Source: the human T2T-CHM13v2.0 reference genome, Homo sapiens. Taken from it: DNA of 64,000 nt. Positions within the stretch are counted from its first letter, which is position 1, and every line of letters starts with the position of its first letter. Below the pieces are notes generated by a model that saw only the letters and a list, made by a program, of their open reading frames with translations, was not told the DNA's origin and ran no database searches. This document shows, piece after piece, positions 26,798 through 57,758 of the stretch. Made by a program: the position numbers and the translations under genes. The DNA is taken from the NCBI RefSeq assembly GCF_009914755.1, contig NC_060947.1. One strand, written 5' to 3'.

Positions 26798-27696
26798 TGT
26801 TACCGGAAACGGGTCTTGATCCATACCCCAAGAGAGGGTTCTTGGATCTCACACAAGAAAGAATTTGGAGTGAGTCGGCCAGGTGCAGTAGCTCACACCT
26901 GTAATCCCAGCACTTTGGGAGGCCGAGGTGGGTGGATCACGAGATCAGGAGATCGAGACCGTCCTGGCTAACATGGTGAAACCCCATCTGTACTAAAAAT
27001 ACAAAAAATTAGCCAGGCGTGGTGGCGGGCGCCTGTAGTCCCAGCTACTTGGGAGGCTGAGGCAGGAGAATGGCCTCACAGAGTGAGACTCCATCTCAAA
27101 AAAAAAAAAAAAAAGAATTTGGAGTGAGTCCATAGAGTAAAGTGAAAGCAGGTTTATTAAAGTAGAGAAACAAAACAATGGCTACTCCAGACAGAGCAGT
27201 GGCATGGGCTGCTCGACTGAGTATACTTACGGTTATTTCTCGATTATATATGCTAAACAAGGGGTGGATTATTCATGAGTTTTCTGGGAAAGGGGCAGGG
27301 ATTTCCCCTGTAACTGAGGGTTCCTTCCCCTTTTAGACCATATAGGGTAATTTCTAGACATTACTATGGCATTTGTAAACTATCCCGGTGTCCCGGTGGG
27401 AGTGTCTTTTAGCATGCTAATGTATTATAAATAACATATAAACAGTGAGGATGACCAGAGTTCGCTTTTGTCGCCATCTTGGATTTGGCAGGGTTTGGCC
27501 AGCTTCTTTACTGCATCCTGTTTTATCAGCAGGGTCTTTATGATCTGTATCTTGTGATACCAATCCTGCCGACCTCCTATCTCATCCTGTGACTAAGAAT
27601 GCCTAACCTCCTGGGAATACAGCCCAGTAAGTCTCAGCCTTATTTTATGCAGCCCCTATGCAAGAGGGAGTCACTCTTGTTCCAAGGCCTCTGAAG
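26798..27696 (-). mobile_element. MER41 (MER41B-like) solo LTR with nested, internally deleted AluY 26877-27111
   Basis: Matches MER41 landmarks ('caagatggcgac', 'aagaaccctctcttgggg', terminal 'ccggtaaca'). LTR TSD is GCAA (26794-26797, 27697-27700). Alu TSD is 'aaagaatttggagtgagtc'. Confidence 0.85.
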
Positions 27697-27739
27697 GCAA
27701 TGTAGCTATTTGCGTACATTCAATAAGAATCTGTTTTCT

Positions 27740-29443
27740 CCCCTCTCCCCTCTCCCCTCTCCCCTCTCCCCTCTCCCCACGGTCTCCCTCTCCCTCTCTT
27801 TCCACGGTCTCCCTCTGATGCTGAGCCAAAGCTGGACTGTACTGCCACCATCTCGGCTCACTGCAACCTCCCTGCCTGATTCTCCTGCCTCAGCCTGCCG
27901 AGTGCCTGCGATTGCAGGTGCGCGCTGTCACGCCTGACTGGTTTTCGTATTTTTTTGGTGGAGACGGGGTTTCGCTGTGTTGGCCAGGCTGGTCTCCAGC
28001 TCCTAACCGGGAGTGATCTGCCAACCTCGGCCTCCCGAGGTGCCAGGATTGCAGATGGAGTCTCGTTCACTCAGTGCTCGACGTTGCCCAGGCTGGAGTG
28101 CAGTGGCGTGATCTCCGCTCGCTACAACCTCCACCTCCCAGCCGCCTGCCTTGGCCTCCCAAAGTGCCGAGATTGCAGCCTCTGCCCGGCCGCCACCCCG
28201 TCTGGGAAGTGAGGAGCGTCTCTGCCTGGCCACCCATCGTCTGGGATGTGAGGAGCCCCTCTGCCCGGCTGCCCAGTCTGGGAAGTGAGGAGCGCCTCTT
28301 CCCGGCCGCCATCCCGTCTAGGAAGTGAGGAGCGCCTCTGCCCGGCCGCCATCCTGTCTAGGAAGTGAGGAGCGCCTCTGCCCGGCCGCCCATCGTCTGA
28401 GATGTGGGGAGCGCCTCTGCCCTGCCACCCAATCTGGGATGTGAGGAGTGCCTCTGCCCGGCCGCGACCCCGTCTGAGAGGTGATGAGCGTCTCTGCCCG
28501 GCCGCCCCATCTGAGAAGTGAAGAGCCCCTCCGCCCGGCAGCCGCCCCGTCTGAGAAGTGAGGAGCCCCTCTGCCCGGCAGCCGCCCCGTCTGGGAAGTG
28601 AGGAGTGTCTCCATCCGGCAGCCACCCCGTCTGGGAGGGAGGTGGGGGGTCAGCCCCTGCCCGGCCAGCCGCCCCGTCCGGGAGGGAGGTGGGGGGCGCC
28701 TCCGCCCGGCCACTGCCCCGTCCGGGAGGTGGGGGGCGCCTCTGCCCAGCCGCCCCTTCTGGGAAGTGAGGAGCCCCTCTGCCCAGCCAGCCACCTCATC
28801 CGGGAGGGAGGTGGGGGGGTCAGCCCCCCGCCCGGCCAGCCGCCCCGTCCGGGAGGTGGGGGGCGCCTCTGCCCGGCCGCCCCTTCTGGGAAGTGAGGAG
28901 CCCCTCTGCCCGGCCGCCACCCCGTCTGGGAGGTGTACCCAACAGCTCATTGAAAACGGGCCATGATGACGATGGCGGTTGTGTCGAATAGAAAAGGGGG
29001 AAATGTGGGGAAAAGACAGAGAAATCAGATTGTTGCTGTGTCTGTGTAGAAAGAAGTAGACATAGGAGACTCCATTTTGTTCTGTACTAAGAAAAATTCT
29101 TCCGCCTTGGGATGCTGTTGATCTATGACCTTACCCCCAACCCCGTGCTCTCTGAAACATGTGCTGTGTCCACTCAGGGTTAAATGGATTAAGGGCGGTG
29201 CAAGATGTGCTTTGTTAAACAGATGCTTGAAGGCAGCATGCTCGTTAAGAGTCATCACCACTCCCTAATCTCAAGTACCCAGGGACACAAACACTGCGGA
29301 AGGCCCCAGGGTCCTCTGCCTAGGAAAACCAGAGACCTTTGTTCACTTGTTTATCTGCTGACCTTCCCTCCACTATTGTCCTATGACCCTGCCAAATCCC
29401 CCTCTGTGAGAAACACCCAAGAATGATCAATTAAAAAAAAAAA
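27740..29443 (+). mobile_element. Full-length SVA retrotransposon
   Basis: CT-rich head, antisense Alu-like domain, GC-rich VNTR (~28180-28930), SINE-R and poly(A). It has a perfect 15-bp TSD 'aagaatctgttttct' (27725-27739, 29444-29458). Confidence 0.97.
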
Positions 29444-29840
29444 AAGAATCTGTTTTCTTTTGTAACAGTACACAATTGGAAATGCTGGTTATTTTACCAA
29501 GGCTTTGACTGAAATGTCATATTTTCAGATATGACCAGACTCTGATTTGAGGGATTGAAGTGTTTTGTTTTGTTTTTTGAGACGGAGTTTTGCTCTTGTT
29601 GCTCAGGCTGGAGTGCAATGGAGGTGATCTTGGCTCACTGCAACCCCCACCTCCTGGGTTCAAGCGATTCTCCTGCCTCAGCCTCCCAAGTAGCTGGGAT
29701 TACAGGCATGCGCCACCACACCCAGCTAATTTTTGTATTTTTAGTAGAGACAGGGTTTCACCACATTGGCCAGGCTGGTCTCGAACTCCTAACCTCAGGT
29801 GATCCGCCCGCCTCAGCCTCCCAAAGTGCTGGGATTATAG

Positions 29841-30098
<258 letters not shown>

Positions 30099-30513
30099 TG
30101 ATCCGCCTGCCTTGGCCTCCCAAAGTGCTGGGATTACAGGCGTGAGCCACCGTGCCTGGCCGTTTGTTTGTTTGTTTGTTTGTTTTTTAATAGAGCTAAT
30201 GAAAAGCCCCTTGGAAAAACTGGCCTGGTACCTTGTCTACATGGTTCCCTTACAGGGTTCCCAGGGTTCCCAACCTTGTGGAAAGTAAAGAATGTCACTT
30301 TGTGACAGGCCCAAAAGCTCAAGGTATTTTGGGGACCTGAAGAAGAGAGTAATTCACCCAATTCATGCACATATTACAAACAGTCTGAGGGCAAGTCAAA
30401 TCCTTGGCTTGGCTCCTTAGCCTCAAGAGGTTTTTTTAAAAAAAGGAATCTGATTCCTTGTGAAAAAGTTCCAGCAAAGCCAACTTTAAAAGAGCCCATT
30501 TAATAAATCCCTA

Positions 30514-30853
<340 letters not shown>

Positions 30854-30896
30854 TTATGTATAATCAGGCCAAGTTAATGAAACTAAAGTTATTTTA

Positions 30897-31512
<616 letters not shown>

Positions 31513-31830
31513 TTAAAAACAACAGCAACGAAAAAAAAACCCAAATTAATCTTACCACGATTATCTTTGGTAAAAAATGGATGAAGGGGACTGGAGAGAG
31601 AAAAATTATATTTCAGAAGAAAACTATAGTGTAACTGTTTCTAGTTAGAACTGTTTTTAGTTACTGTTTCTAGTGAACAAGATTCTAGCCTTGCTCATTG
31701 GTTTTTTTTTTTTTTTTGGTTTTTAAAAATTATTTGGACTGAATCTAAAAATTTTAGTTTCTTCCAATGTCTGGCTGTGACTCTCTAGATGAATGTTTTT
31801 AATTTTTCTCCCACCCTTCTGACTTGGAAT

Positions 31831-33170
<1,340 letters not shown>

Positions 33171-33484
33171 TTATCACTACAAATTAAAACTACCTTTTCC
33201 CTAAGGCCCTACAAGCAGGAGCTAGTCAACTTGGCTTTGAAGAAACATCACTCCAACAGCTTATATTTGGACAAATGTTGTATGCACAAACCAGAAAACC
33301 TGTCAGATTGCCACTAATTTTCACAATTGACTTCCTCCAGACTCTAGAAATACTAGTTTATAGAGTACTCCAGACATTAACCCTTGTTTTTCTTCTGTTT
33401 TCATAGAAATTCCTCTTAAAGGCCGGGCGCTGTGGCTCATGCCTGTAATCCCAGCACTTTGGGAGGCCGACATGGGGTGGATTA

Positions 33485-33752
<268 letters not shown>

Positions 33753-34518
33753 TCATATATAAAGACCTAGCTTTGAGAGCGCATCTGCAACACCATCTCC
33801 TGAAATGAGACACAACTATTTAACTGAACAGGCTGGGCACAGTGGCTCACATCTGTAATCCCAGCACTTTGGGAGGCCGAGGCAGGAGGATTGCTTGAGG
33901 CCAGGAGTTTGAAACCAGCATAGGCAACACAGTGAGACTCCATCTCTACAAAAAATAAAAAATAAATTAGCATGGCATGGTGGCACATGCCTGTAGTCCT
34001 AGCTACATGGGAGGCTGAGGCAGGAGGATCCCTTGAATTCAGGAGTTTGAGGCTGCAGTGAGCTATGATCATGCCACTGTACTCCAGCCTAGGTGACAGA
34101 GCAAGACTCTATCCCTACAACAACCAACCAACCAACCAACCAACCCTGAATCAAGCTATTCTCAGGACTAAAAGCATGATTCAAGAAGATATGGGGCTGG
34201 CTGTGGTGGTTCACGCCTGTAATCCCAGCGTTTTGGGAGGCCTGAGGTGGTAGGATCACTTGAGACCAGGAGTTCGAGACCAGCCTTGGCAGCATAGTGA
34301 GACCTTGTCTCTACAAAAAAATTTTTTTAACATAAAAAATAATAATAAAAAAGAAGATACAGAACAGCACACTCAATTTTTTTTCCTACTTGTTCAAATC
34401 TATGTTTTCTCCCCCTGTGCTTATTTCTTATCTCAGAATGTCTAACCCAAATCTCTCCATAGCTACCAATTCTACTTTAATATGTGAAACTTTCCAAAAA
34501 TAAAGTTTCAAATGGGGG

Positions 34519-36105
<1,587 letters not shown>

Positions 36106-36667
36106 AGGAGTTAATCATACTTTTTTTTGTCAGTGGTTAAAATGCTTTTGTGAAAAAGAAAAATGCTTTCCTCATCTGTAGTATAGGACTGTCAGAAGAC
36201 AAATTACAACAAATGTAGTTTAAAGATCTCAGTTGTCTTTATTCACGATTCTAGAACCAGGCCACATATCATTCCATAAAACTGAATAAGTGTTCCAATG
36301 AGCTAAGCAGAAGAGGTTGGCTTCATAGAGAGAGACTGAAGAAAGTGGAAGCAAAGAATGAAGAGCATATTAGTCTTTCCAAAGCTGCTTTTTTGTAAAG
36401 GGGAGACAGGGAGACAAAGCAAAGTAAGGCTGATTAAAGCTGACTCTTAAACAACATAGATTTGAACTGTGTGGGTCCACTCATATGCAGATCTTTTTCA
36501 AAAAATATATAATAAACATTTTTGGATACTTGTGACAATTAAAAAAAAAAGCAGGCTGGGTGTGGTGGCTCATGCCTGTAATACCACCAGCACTTTGAGA
36601 GGCCAAGGTGGGCAGATCATTTGAGGTTGAGAGTTCAAGACCAACTGGTGAAACCGTGTCTCTACTA

Positions 36668-36913
<246 letters not shown>

Positions 36914-37025
36914 TCACGAGGTCAGGAGATCGAGACCATCCTGGCTAACATGGTGAAACCCCATCTCTACTAAAAATACAAAAAAAAAATTAGCTGGGCA
37001 TGGTGGCGGGCACCTGCAGTCCCAG

Positions 37026-45126
<8,101 letters not shown>

Positions 45127-45266
45127 CCAGCTACTTGGGAGGTTGAGGCAGGAGAATGGCATGAACCCGGGAGGAGGAGCTTGCAGTGAGCCAAGATCGT
45201 GTCACTGCACTGCAGCCTGGGCAACAGAGCAAGACTCTGTCTCAAAAAACCAAACAAACAAAAAAC

Positions 45267-46440
45267 TGTTAGTGGCAGCAAATCCATATGTGTCTGTGGC
45301 AATGTTAGATATGAATTCTAAATTTCTCTTCAAAGAATCAATATGTCAGTATGTTCAATTCTTTGCCTTGTACTTTTAAACTTAACTTCCTTGTAAAGCA
45401 ACCTTTTTTGATTACCTGCTCCACCCTGACTCATTCCGATTACCTGCTCATTCTCCACCCTGACTCATTCCGATTTCCTGCTCTGCCATAACCATTTTTC
45501 CTGCCAAACCACTCACCCCATTACTCTCTTTAAATTAGCCAATTGAATTAGTTTAGCCTGTGTGGTCTAACCCTAGCCAATAGGGAAAAGACACAGCAGC
45601 AGGGGCCACATGCGTCAGGGATAAGAACCCCTTCCCCTCCCTTGTCCAAGTGTGTGCTCACCATTGCTCCATCTGTAAGGGTGCACCCTTCTATAGAAGT
45701 ACATTGCCTTGCTGAGAATTAAAAAGAATATTTTATATTCAAGTGCTGTTTCTTTTGCAGCACTGAAACTTTATTTATAACAGCAACCTCAATTCTTGCC
45801 TCCTTGAAGAAAGAATTTGACTGAGGGGTACAAGGCAGAGTGAGAGACTGAGGAAAGTTTTAGAGCAGGACTGAAAGTTTATTAAAAAGCTTTAGAGCAG
45901 GAATCAAAAGAAGTAAAGTACATTTGGAAGAGGATGTAGCGGGCAACTTGAGAGATCAAGTGTGCATAGTTTGACCTTTGACTTGGGGTTTTATACATTG
46001 GCACGCTTCTGGGATCTTGCATTCCCTCTCCCCTGATTCTTCCCTGGGAGTGGGCGTGAGCATGCATAGCAGCCTGCCGGCGCTTGGGAGAGGAGCATGC
46101 ACAGTGTGTTTACTGGAGTTGTACGCGTGCTCACTTGAGGCATTCTTCCCTTACCAAATGTCCCTAGAAAGTCATATACATCTTACTGTGCATGCGTGAG
46201 TCCACTTGTCAAACTCCTGAGATATTGGGAAGCTGTTGATCACCAGTTTCAGGTTTTTCTATCTATCAGGAGACTGCCTTTCCCTGGCACTGGCTGCAAC
46301 CAATTATTATTTTAGAGAGATAGTTAACAACCACTTGACCATCACCTGATGGTCACCCGACATTCCTGGTTAGGGGGGAGGGGGCAGGGCCCTCTCCTGC
46401 CCTGCTCATGTCTGACTAGCTACCCTACCCTACTGTAACA
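45267..46440 (-). mobile_element. MER50-like solo LTR, split by LTR10
   Basis: The minus strand starts 'tgttacagtagggtagggtagctagtcagacatgagcagggcaggagagggc'. AAAC flanks both sides. Confidence 0.75.
45303..45782 (+). mobile_element. LTR10 (LTR10A/F-like, HERV-IP10) solo LTR
   Basis: 'tgttagatatgaattctaaatttc...ttatttataaca' with a 4-bp TSD GCAA (45299-45302, 45783-45786). Confidence 0.85.
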
Positions 46441-49400
46441 AAACCACATAGCCTAGAAATATTGAAGACATTAAGAAAAAGGTGTGTCATGAATGCATAA
46501 AATACATGTAGATGCTAGTCTGTTTTATCATATACTACCATCAAATATACACAAATCTACCATAAAATGTTAAAATTTATCACAACTTATGGGCCAGGTG
46601 CAGTGGTTCATGCCTGTAATCCCAGTACTTTGGGAGGTTGAGGTAGAGGATTGCTTGAGCCCAGGAGTTTGAGACCAGCCTGGACAATGTAGCGAGACTC
46701 TGTCTCTACAAAAAATAAAAAATTAGCTGGGCGTAGTTGTGCATGCCTGTAGTCCCAGCTATTCAGGAGGCTGAGGTGAGAGGATCACTTGAGCCTGGGA
46801 GGTCAAGGCTGCAGAGAGTGGTGATCAAACCACTGCACTCCAGCCTGGGTGACAGAGCAAGACCCTGTCTCAAAAAAAAAAAAAAAACCCAAAACAAAAC
46901 ATGCACAGAAGCTGGGTGTGGTGGTGCACACCAGTATTCCCAGCTACTTGGGAAGCTGGAAAAAAAAAAACAAAAAAACTGAGGCACACACTTAAAGATT
47001 GTACATGGTACCCTTCCCAGTTGAAAGAAATATAAACAAATGTAAAGATGCGGTATTAGATTATAACTGCATAAAACTGTAGTACATGCTGTACTACTGT
47101 AATTATTTCATAGCCTGTTGCTATTGTGATGAGCTCAAGTTTTACAAGTATCTGCTTAAAAGGCTGTGTGATGCCAGTCTTCTCCCTGAGCAGTTAATCT
47201 CTCCAGTAAATAGTGTATCTCAGAAAAAGTGATCTCTCACAGTTCTCAAGTATTTTTACTGTGTTTAGTGCAATACTGTAAGCCTTAAATATTACCACAG
47301 GACCCATAAAAAGTGCCAATAGTGATGCTGGAAGTGCTCCCAAGAAGCAAAGAAAAGTCAAGACATTCCAAAAAGTTGAATTGCTTGATATGTGCCACAG
47401 ATTGAGGTCCGCAGCTGGAGTTACCCACCATTTCAAGATAAGGACCATTGTAAAAAGGAAAAGGAAAATTTTGAAGCCATTGCTGCAGCTTTGGCAGCAG
47501 GTATGAAAACCTTGTGCTTTCTGTGAAATACCTTTTTATCTTGTATTTAAAGTGCAGCTTTTATGTGGGTGTAGGATTGCCATAAGAAAGGCATACCTAT
47601 AGATTCTAATTCTAGAAAAAGTGAAGTCATTATATGACAAAGAAAGGTGAAGGATCTAAAGCTGGATAATTTAATGCTAGCAAGGATGGTTTGATAATTT
47701 TAGAAAGAGCGTTGGCGGCCGGGCACGGTGGCTCACTCTTGTACTTTCCCAGCACTTTGGGAGGCTGAAGTGGGAGGATCACTTGAGCCCAGGAGTTTGA
47801 GACCAGCCTGGGCAACATAGTGAGACCTTGTCTCTACTAAAAGTTCAAAAAAATGTGCTTGAACCCAGCAGGTCAAGGCTGCAGTGAGCCCTGATAATGC
47901 CACTGCACTCTAGCCTGAGTGACAGAGTAAGACCTGGTCTCGAAAAATAAAAATAAAAATAAAAATAAGAAAGAGGTTTGGTTTAAAGAATGTCAAGATA
48001 ATCCAGGCATGTGCAAGCCTGTAGTCCCATCTACTTGAGAGGCTGAGGCATGAGGATCAACTGAGCCCAGGAGACCAGGAGTTTGAGGCCAGCCTGGGTA
48101 ACATAGTGAGACACTATCTCTATAAATAAACAAATAATAAACAAACAGACAAACAAATAAATAAAAAAAGTCAAGCTAACAGGAGAAGCAGCTTCTGCCA
48201 ACTAAGAGACAAGTCCCCAGATGCCATTAAGAAAATCATTGAGGCCAGGTGTGGTAACAAGCCTGTAATCACAACACTTTGGGAGGCTGAGGTGGGAGGA
48301 CTACTTGAGCCCAGGAGTTTGAGACCACCCTGGGCAACATAGCAAGACCCCTTCCCTACAAAAAATAAAAAATTAGCTGGGTATGGTGGTACATGCCTGT
48401 AGTCCCAGCTACTCAGGAGGCTGAGGTGGAAGGATGACTTGAGCCCAGGGGGTCAAGGCTGCAGTGAGCCATGATTGTGCCACTGCACTCCAGCCTGGGC
48501 CAACAGAGTGAGACCCTGTCTCAAAAAAAAGTAATAATAATAAAGAAAATCACTGAGGAGAAAGGATATCTGCCTGAACAGGTTTCAAATGCAGATGAAA
48601 GTGCCCTATTTTGGAAAAAAAGATGCCACAAAGGACGTTTATTAGTAAGGAATAGAAGTGAGCAGAAGGATTTAAGGCAGGAAGGGACAGACTCACTCCT
48701 CTATTTTGTGCAAATGCTACTGGGTTTATAATCAGGACTGCCCTTACCTATATAGCTCCTAACTTCCGAGCCTTGAAGGAGAAAGATAAACTACCAGCTG
48801 CTGGTCTTTTGGTTGTACAAGAAGGCCTGGGCAACAAGACCCCTTTTCTGGATTGGTTCCATTGATGTTTTGTCTCTGAAGTCAGAAGTACCTTGCTAGT
48901 AAGGGAGTGCCTTTTAAAGTTCTTTTGACATTAGACAATGCCTCTGGTGACCCAGAGCCCCATGAATTCAACACAAAAGGCACTGAAGTGGTCTACTTGC
49001 CCCCCAAAACCACATCTCTAATTCAGCCTCTAGATCAGAGAGTCATAAGGGGCTTTAAGGCTATTACACACAGTACTCTAAGGAAAGGATTGTTAATGCT
49101 GTGGAAGAGAACCCTGACAGAGGGAACATCACGAAAGTCTGGAAGGATTACACCACTGAAGATGCCATCATTGTCACAGAAAAAGCCGTCAAGCCTGAAA
49201 TAAATTCCTGTTGGAGAAAACTGTCCTGATATTGTGCAGAACTTAACAGGATTTATGACAGCGCCAATCAAGGAAATCACGAGTTTGTGGATATGGCAAA
49301 AAAAGGTGATGGGTGAAGAACTTCAGGATATGGATCTTAGTGAAATTCAAGAGCTAATAAACACCACACCAGAGCAAGTAACAGAAGATGTCTTGATAGA

Positions 49401-49948
49401 GATGAGTGCTTCTGAACCGATACCAGATGATGAGGAAGAAGATGTAGAAGCAGTGCCAGGAACCAAAGTGACATAAGACAATCTGGCAGAGGGTTCTGAT
49501 TACCAAAGAATACTTTTGACTTCTTTTATGATGTGGACCTTACTATGATATGGGCACTGAAACTAAAGCAAACGGTGGAACCATATAGAAAGATTGGTAC
49601 CATATAGAAACATTTTTAGAGGCATGAAAAAGCAAAAGTCAGACAGAAATTACAATGTATTTCTGTAATTACACCAGTGTGCCTGCCTCTTCTGCTTCCT
49701 CTTTCACCTTCTCCACCTCTTCTGCCTCTGCCATCCCTGAGACAGCAAGACCAACCCCTCCTCTTCCTCTTCAGCCTACTCAACAACAAAGATTGAGGAT
49801 GAAGACCCTTATGATGGTCCACTTCCACTTAATGAACAGTAAATCTCTTTTCCTTATGATTTTCTTAATGTTTTATTTTCTTTAGCTTACTTTACTGCAT
49901 GAATACAGTATATGTTACATATAACATACTAAATGTGTGAATTGACTA

Positions 49949-52581
<2,633 letters not shown>

Positions 52582-52700
52582 GACTGTTTATGTTATTAGT
52601 AAGGCTTCTGGTCAAGAGTAGGCTATTAGTTATTTAAGGATTTTTTTTTTTTTTAAATGGTGTTTCACTCTGTCACCCAGGCTGGAGGGCAGTGGCATGA

Positions 52701-52964
<264 letters not shown>

Positions 52965-53635
52965 TAGAGACATGGTCTCACTGTATTGCCCAGGCTGGTC
53001 TTGAACTCCTGGACTCAAGTGATCCTCCTGCCTTGGCCTCCCAAAATGTTGGGATGACAGGTGTGAGCCAACTGTGCCTGGCTAGTATTTGAGTTTTTGG
53101 GGAGTCTAGTCATACGTGGACTTTCATTGGCACGGATGGTCAGTCCCCCATCCCCCACGTTGTTCAAGGGTCAATTGTAGTTAACATCAGGTAACTTCAG
53201 GCTTTTTTGTGTAAGGATTAAAGCAGAGGGAGCTTTATTATCATGCTGATTGAAGATTTAAACTGACTTGTTGGGGAAATTGGATGTTATCTCTCTCTCC
53301 TGATTTGTTGGAAGGTCAGGTAATAACTTAGTTTAGGTTTGGTGAAGTGGAACTTTAGTATGGGTGACTCCATTTTTATTTTGTTTGGTCTGTTGGAGCC
53401 TAGTGCAGGAGCTTAGTTCAAACCAATGGCCTCCTATAATTTTTATTTAACAGGACTGATATCTCCCTGCTACCTATCTCAAATGCATTGTAAAATTTAA
53501 TAAATTATATATCTCAAAAAGGGTGTTATGAAACATTTCAGATGTATAAAAGTTATGAAGTTTCACAGTACATAGTATTACAAGGAAAATTCACTCACGT
53601 ACCCAGCACAACCCAGCTTAAGAAACAAAACATCA

Positions 53636-55997
<2,362 letters not shown>

Positions 55998-56444
55998 TAA
56001 ACTCCTCCTGCCTTGAATTATATGACCCCTCTCTGCTTAACCTCAACTCCTGCTCAGCTTTAGGCTGCAATCCAAGTGCACCGACGATGGAAAGCTTTCC
56101 CTGACTCTCCAGGCTAGGTCAGGCACTTCTATGTGCACTGAGACCCCTTTCTTCATCTGTCACAAAACTAATCACTGTCTTCGCCTCCCTACTAGAAGCT
56201 CAGTAACACGGATGGGGCAATTCCTCTGCCTTCTCAGTCATCAAAGCAGGGCCAGGCACAAAAGAGTGGGAACACTAAAAAAGGGGAAAATGGCTAGCAG
56301 CCTTGGCTCCAGGACCAGGGGATCAGGTTAAAGACACACCCTTTCTTTCCTAGACCCACACTTTGGGACAAGGTCAAGGGGACAATCTGTTCAGAGGTAG
56401 CACCCCAGGAAAATGAGAAAAACCACACAAGGCAAGCACCACTT

Positions 56445-57655
56445 GGGGTTATTTTTTCTAACTAAATTTTTATTAAATTATTTTTTCTTTGAAGGCTGGA
56501 ACCATCGAAGTCCTTAGATCAGCTTTAAGCACTGGATGGAGTAAAAACCACAAGGGACTACAAGGTGATCTGTGAACAGACTGGCAGACAGATGACGAGA
56601 GAGGGAGTGACGACAACAAAAATAGACAAACAAAAATAATGGTCTTCTGGCGACCTAGTTAAATTACTCGCTTATTAAAATTTATTAGAAATAAACAAAC
56701 ATTAATGAAATAAAAATCTAAAACTGAGCCCCAGACTCAAGACTACTAGAAAGGCTCACCAAGTAAAACCCTCGGTTGGGTCAAGTGAGCTCTCTGAATG
56801 TTTTGTACAACCTGCTGCAGTTTGTTCCCCTTGAGCAAGGTGATGCTTTGTCCTGGGCTGCAATCTCTAACACCATCACCATCCCCAAGTGCAGCTCCCA
56901 TTCTAAAAAAAAAAAACAGATGCCCCCACCCCCAATTCCTGGTGAACTGCTCATCTCTCCTGACTGCAGAAACTGACTCTGAAGGAGGAAGTTGCACCAG
57001 TGGTGGAGGCAGGTGGGCAAGCGGGTAGGGCAGGGATGGTTTCCTGGAGAATCCATCTTTTCTCCAGATGCCTAGCATGTGCTTAAGAGTTTTTTGTTTT
57101 TTTTTTTAAGTTTGAAAAAAACTCCATTGTGAAAAGTGAGTTATGAAGAGTGCTCTTTATTTGAAACCTCCACAACACAGACGCCAATCTTGTCTCGCAT
57201 TGAATCATTAGCTGTGCACATCAACACATTCCAAGCACAAATTAAGAAATGCAAACAGAACAAAAAAATATATATATATATAATTTTTTCCCCTATCCAA
57301 AGGTTTCAAGTCTCAATGCAGCAAATCCTTCTGAACACAGAATCTGAGGAGCACACTGTTCAAACAGTTGGGACAGACAGGTCCCTGCAAAGGCTACTGC
57401 CTTTTTAAAACACATGGGGTGGGGATCATGGACGGCATGGAAAGGGGAGAGAAGGTGAGGAAACAGGCGGCGGGGAGAGAATGAGAAGAGGAACAGGTAT
57501 GCGCTGGGGAAGATGGGGCAGCTGGGACACACACGGTGAGTTGGTGGATTTCATTTATTGGTTTTTGACAATTTCTTTCTGGTTCTTTTTTTAACTCCCC
57601 CCTCCCCAGGTCCAACAATGGTAAAAAAAACCCCACGGAGTTGGGCAGGGCCTTA
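56445..57655 (-). other. HUWE1: HUWE1 3' UTR (end approximate)
   Basis: Repeat-free sequence running from the stop codon to ~25 nt past the most distal AATAAA. Confidence 0.8.
56469..56474 (-). terminator. HUWE1: Distal poly(A) signal AATAAA (others at 56681-56686, 57156-57161, 57554-57559)
   Basis: 'tttatt' on the + strand, with a GU-rich 'cttgccttgtgtggtttttc' downstream on the minus strand. Confidence 0.75.
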
Positions 57656-57758
57656 TTAGGCCAGCCCAAAGCCTTCAGAGCACTCCTGGATAGCCAACAG
57701 TAGCATGTGGCGGAGCTTCTCAAAGCTCTCATAGGCAGGCAGATCCAGCTGATTAAAA
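57656..57758 (-). CDS. HUWE1: HUWE1 last coding exon ([34 protein letters not shown])
   Basis: HECT C-terminus. Acceptor 'ttctttccttag'. The stop TAA is followed by a second TAA. Confidence 0.97.

Noticed and set aside
28003-28966. Long Arg/Pro/Gly-rich ORFs on both strands
   Set aside because: These are stop-poor translations of the GC-rich SVA VNTR.
47290-49500. Possible domesticated TIGD-like transposase
   Set aside because: It is frameshifted and interrupted by several Alus, so it is an ordinary decayed Tigger2.
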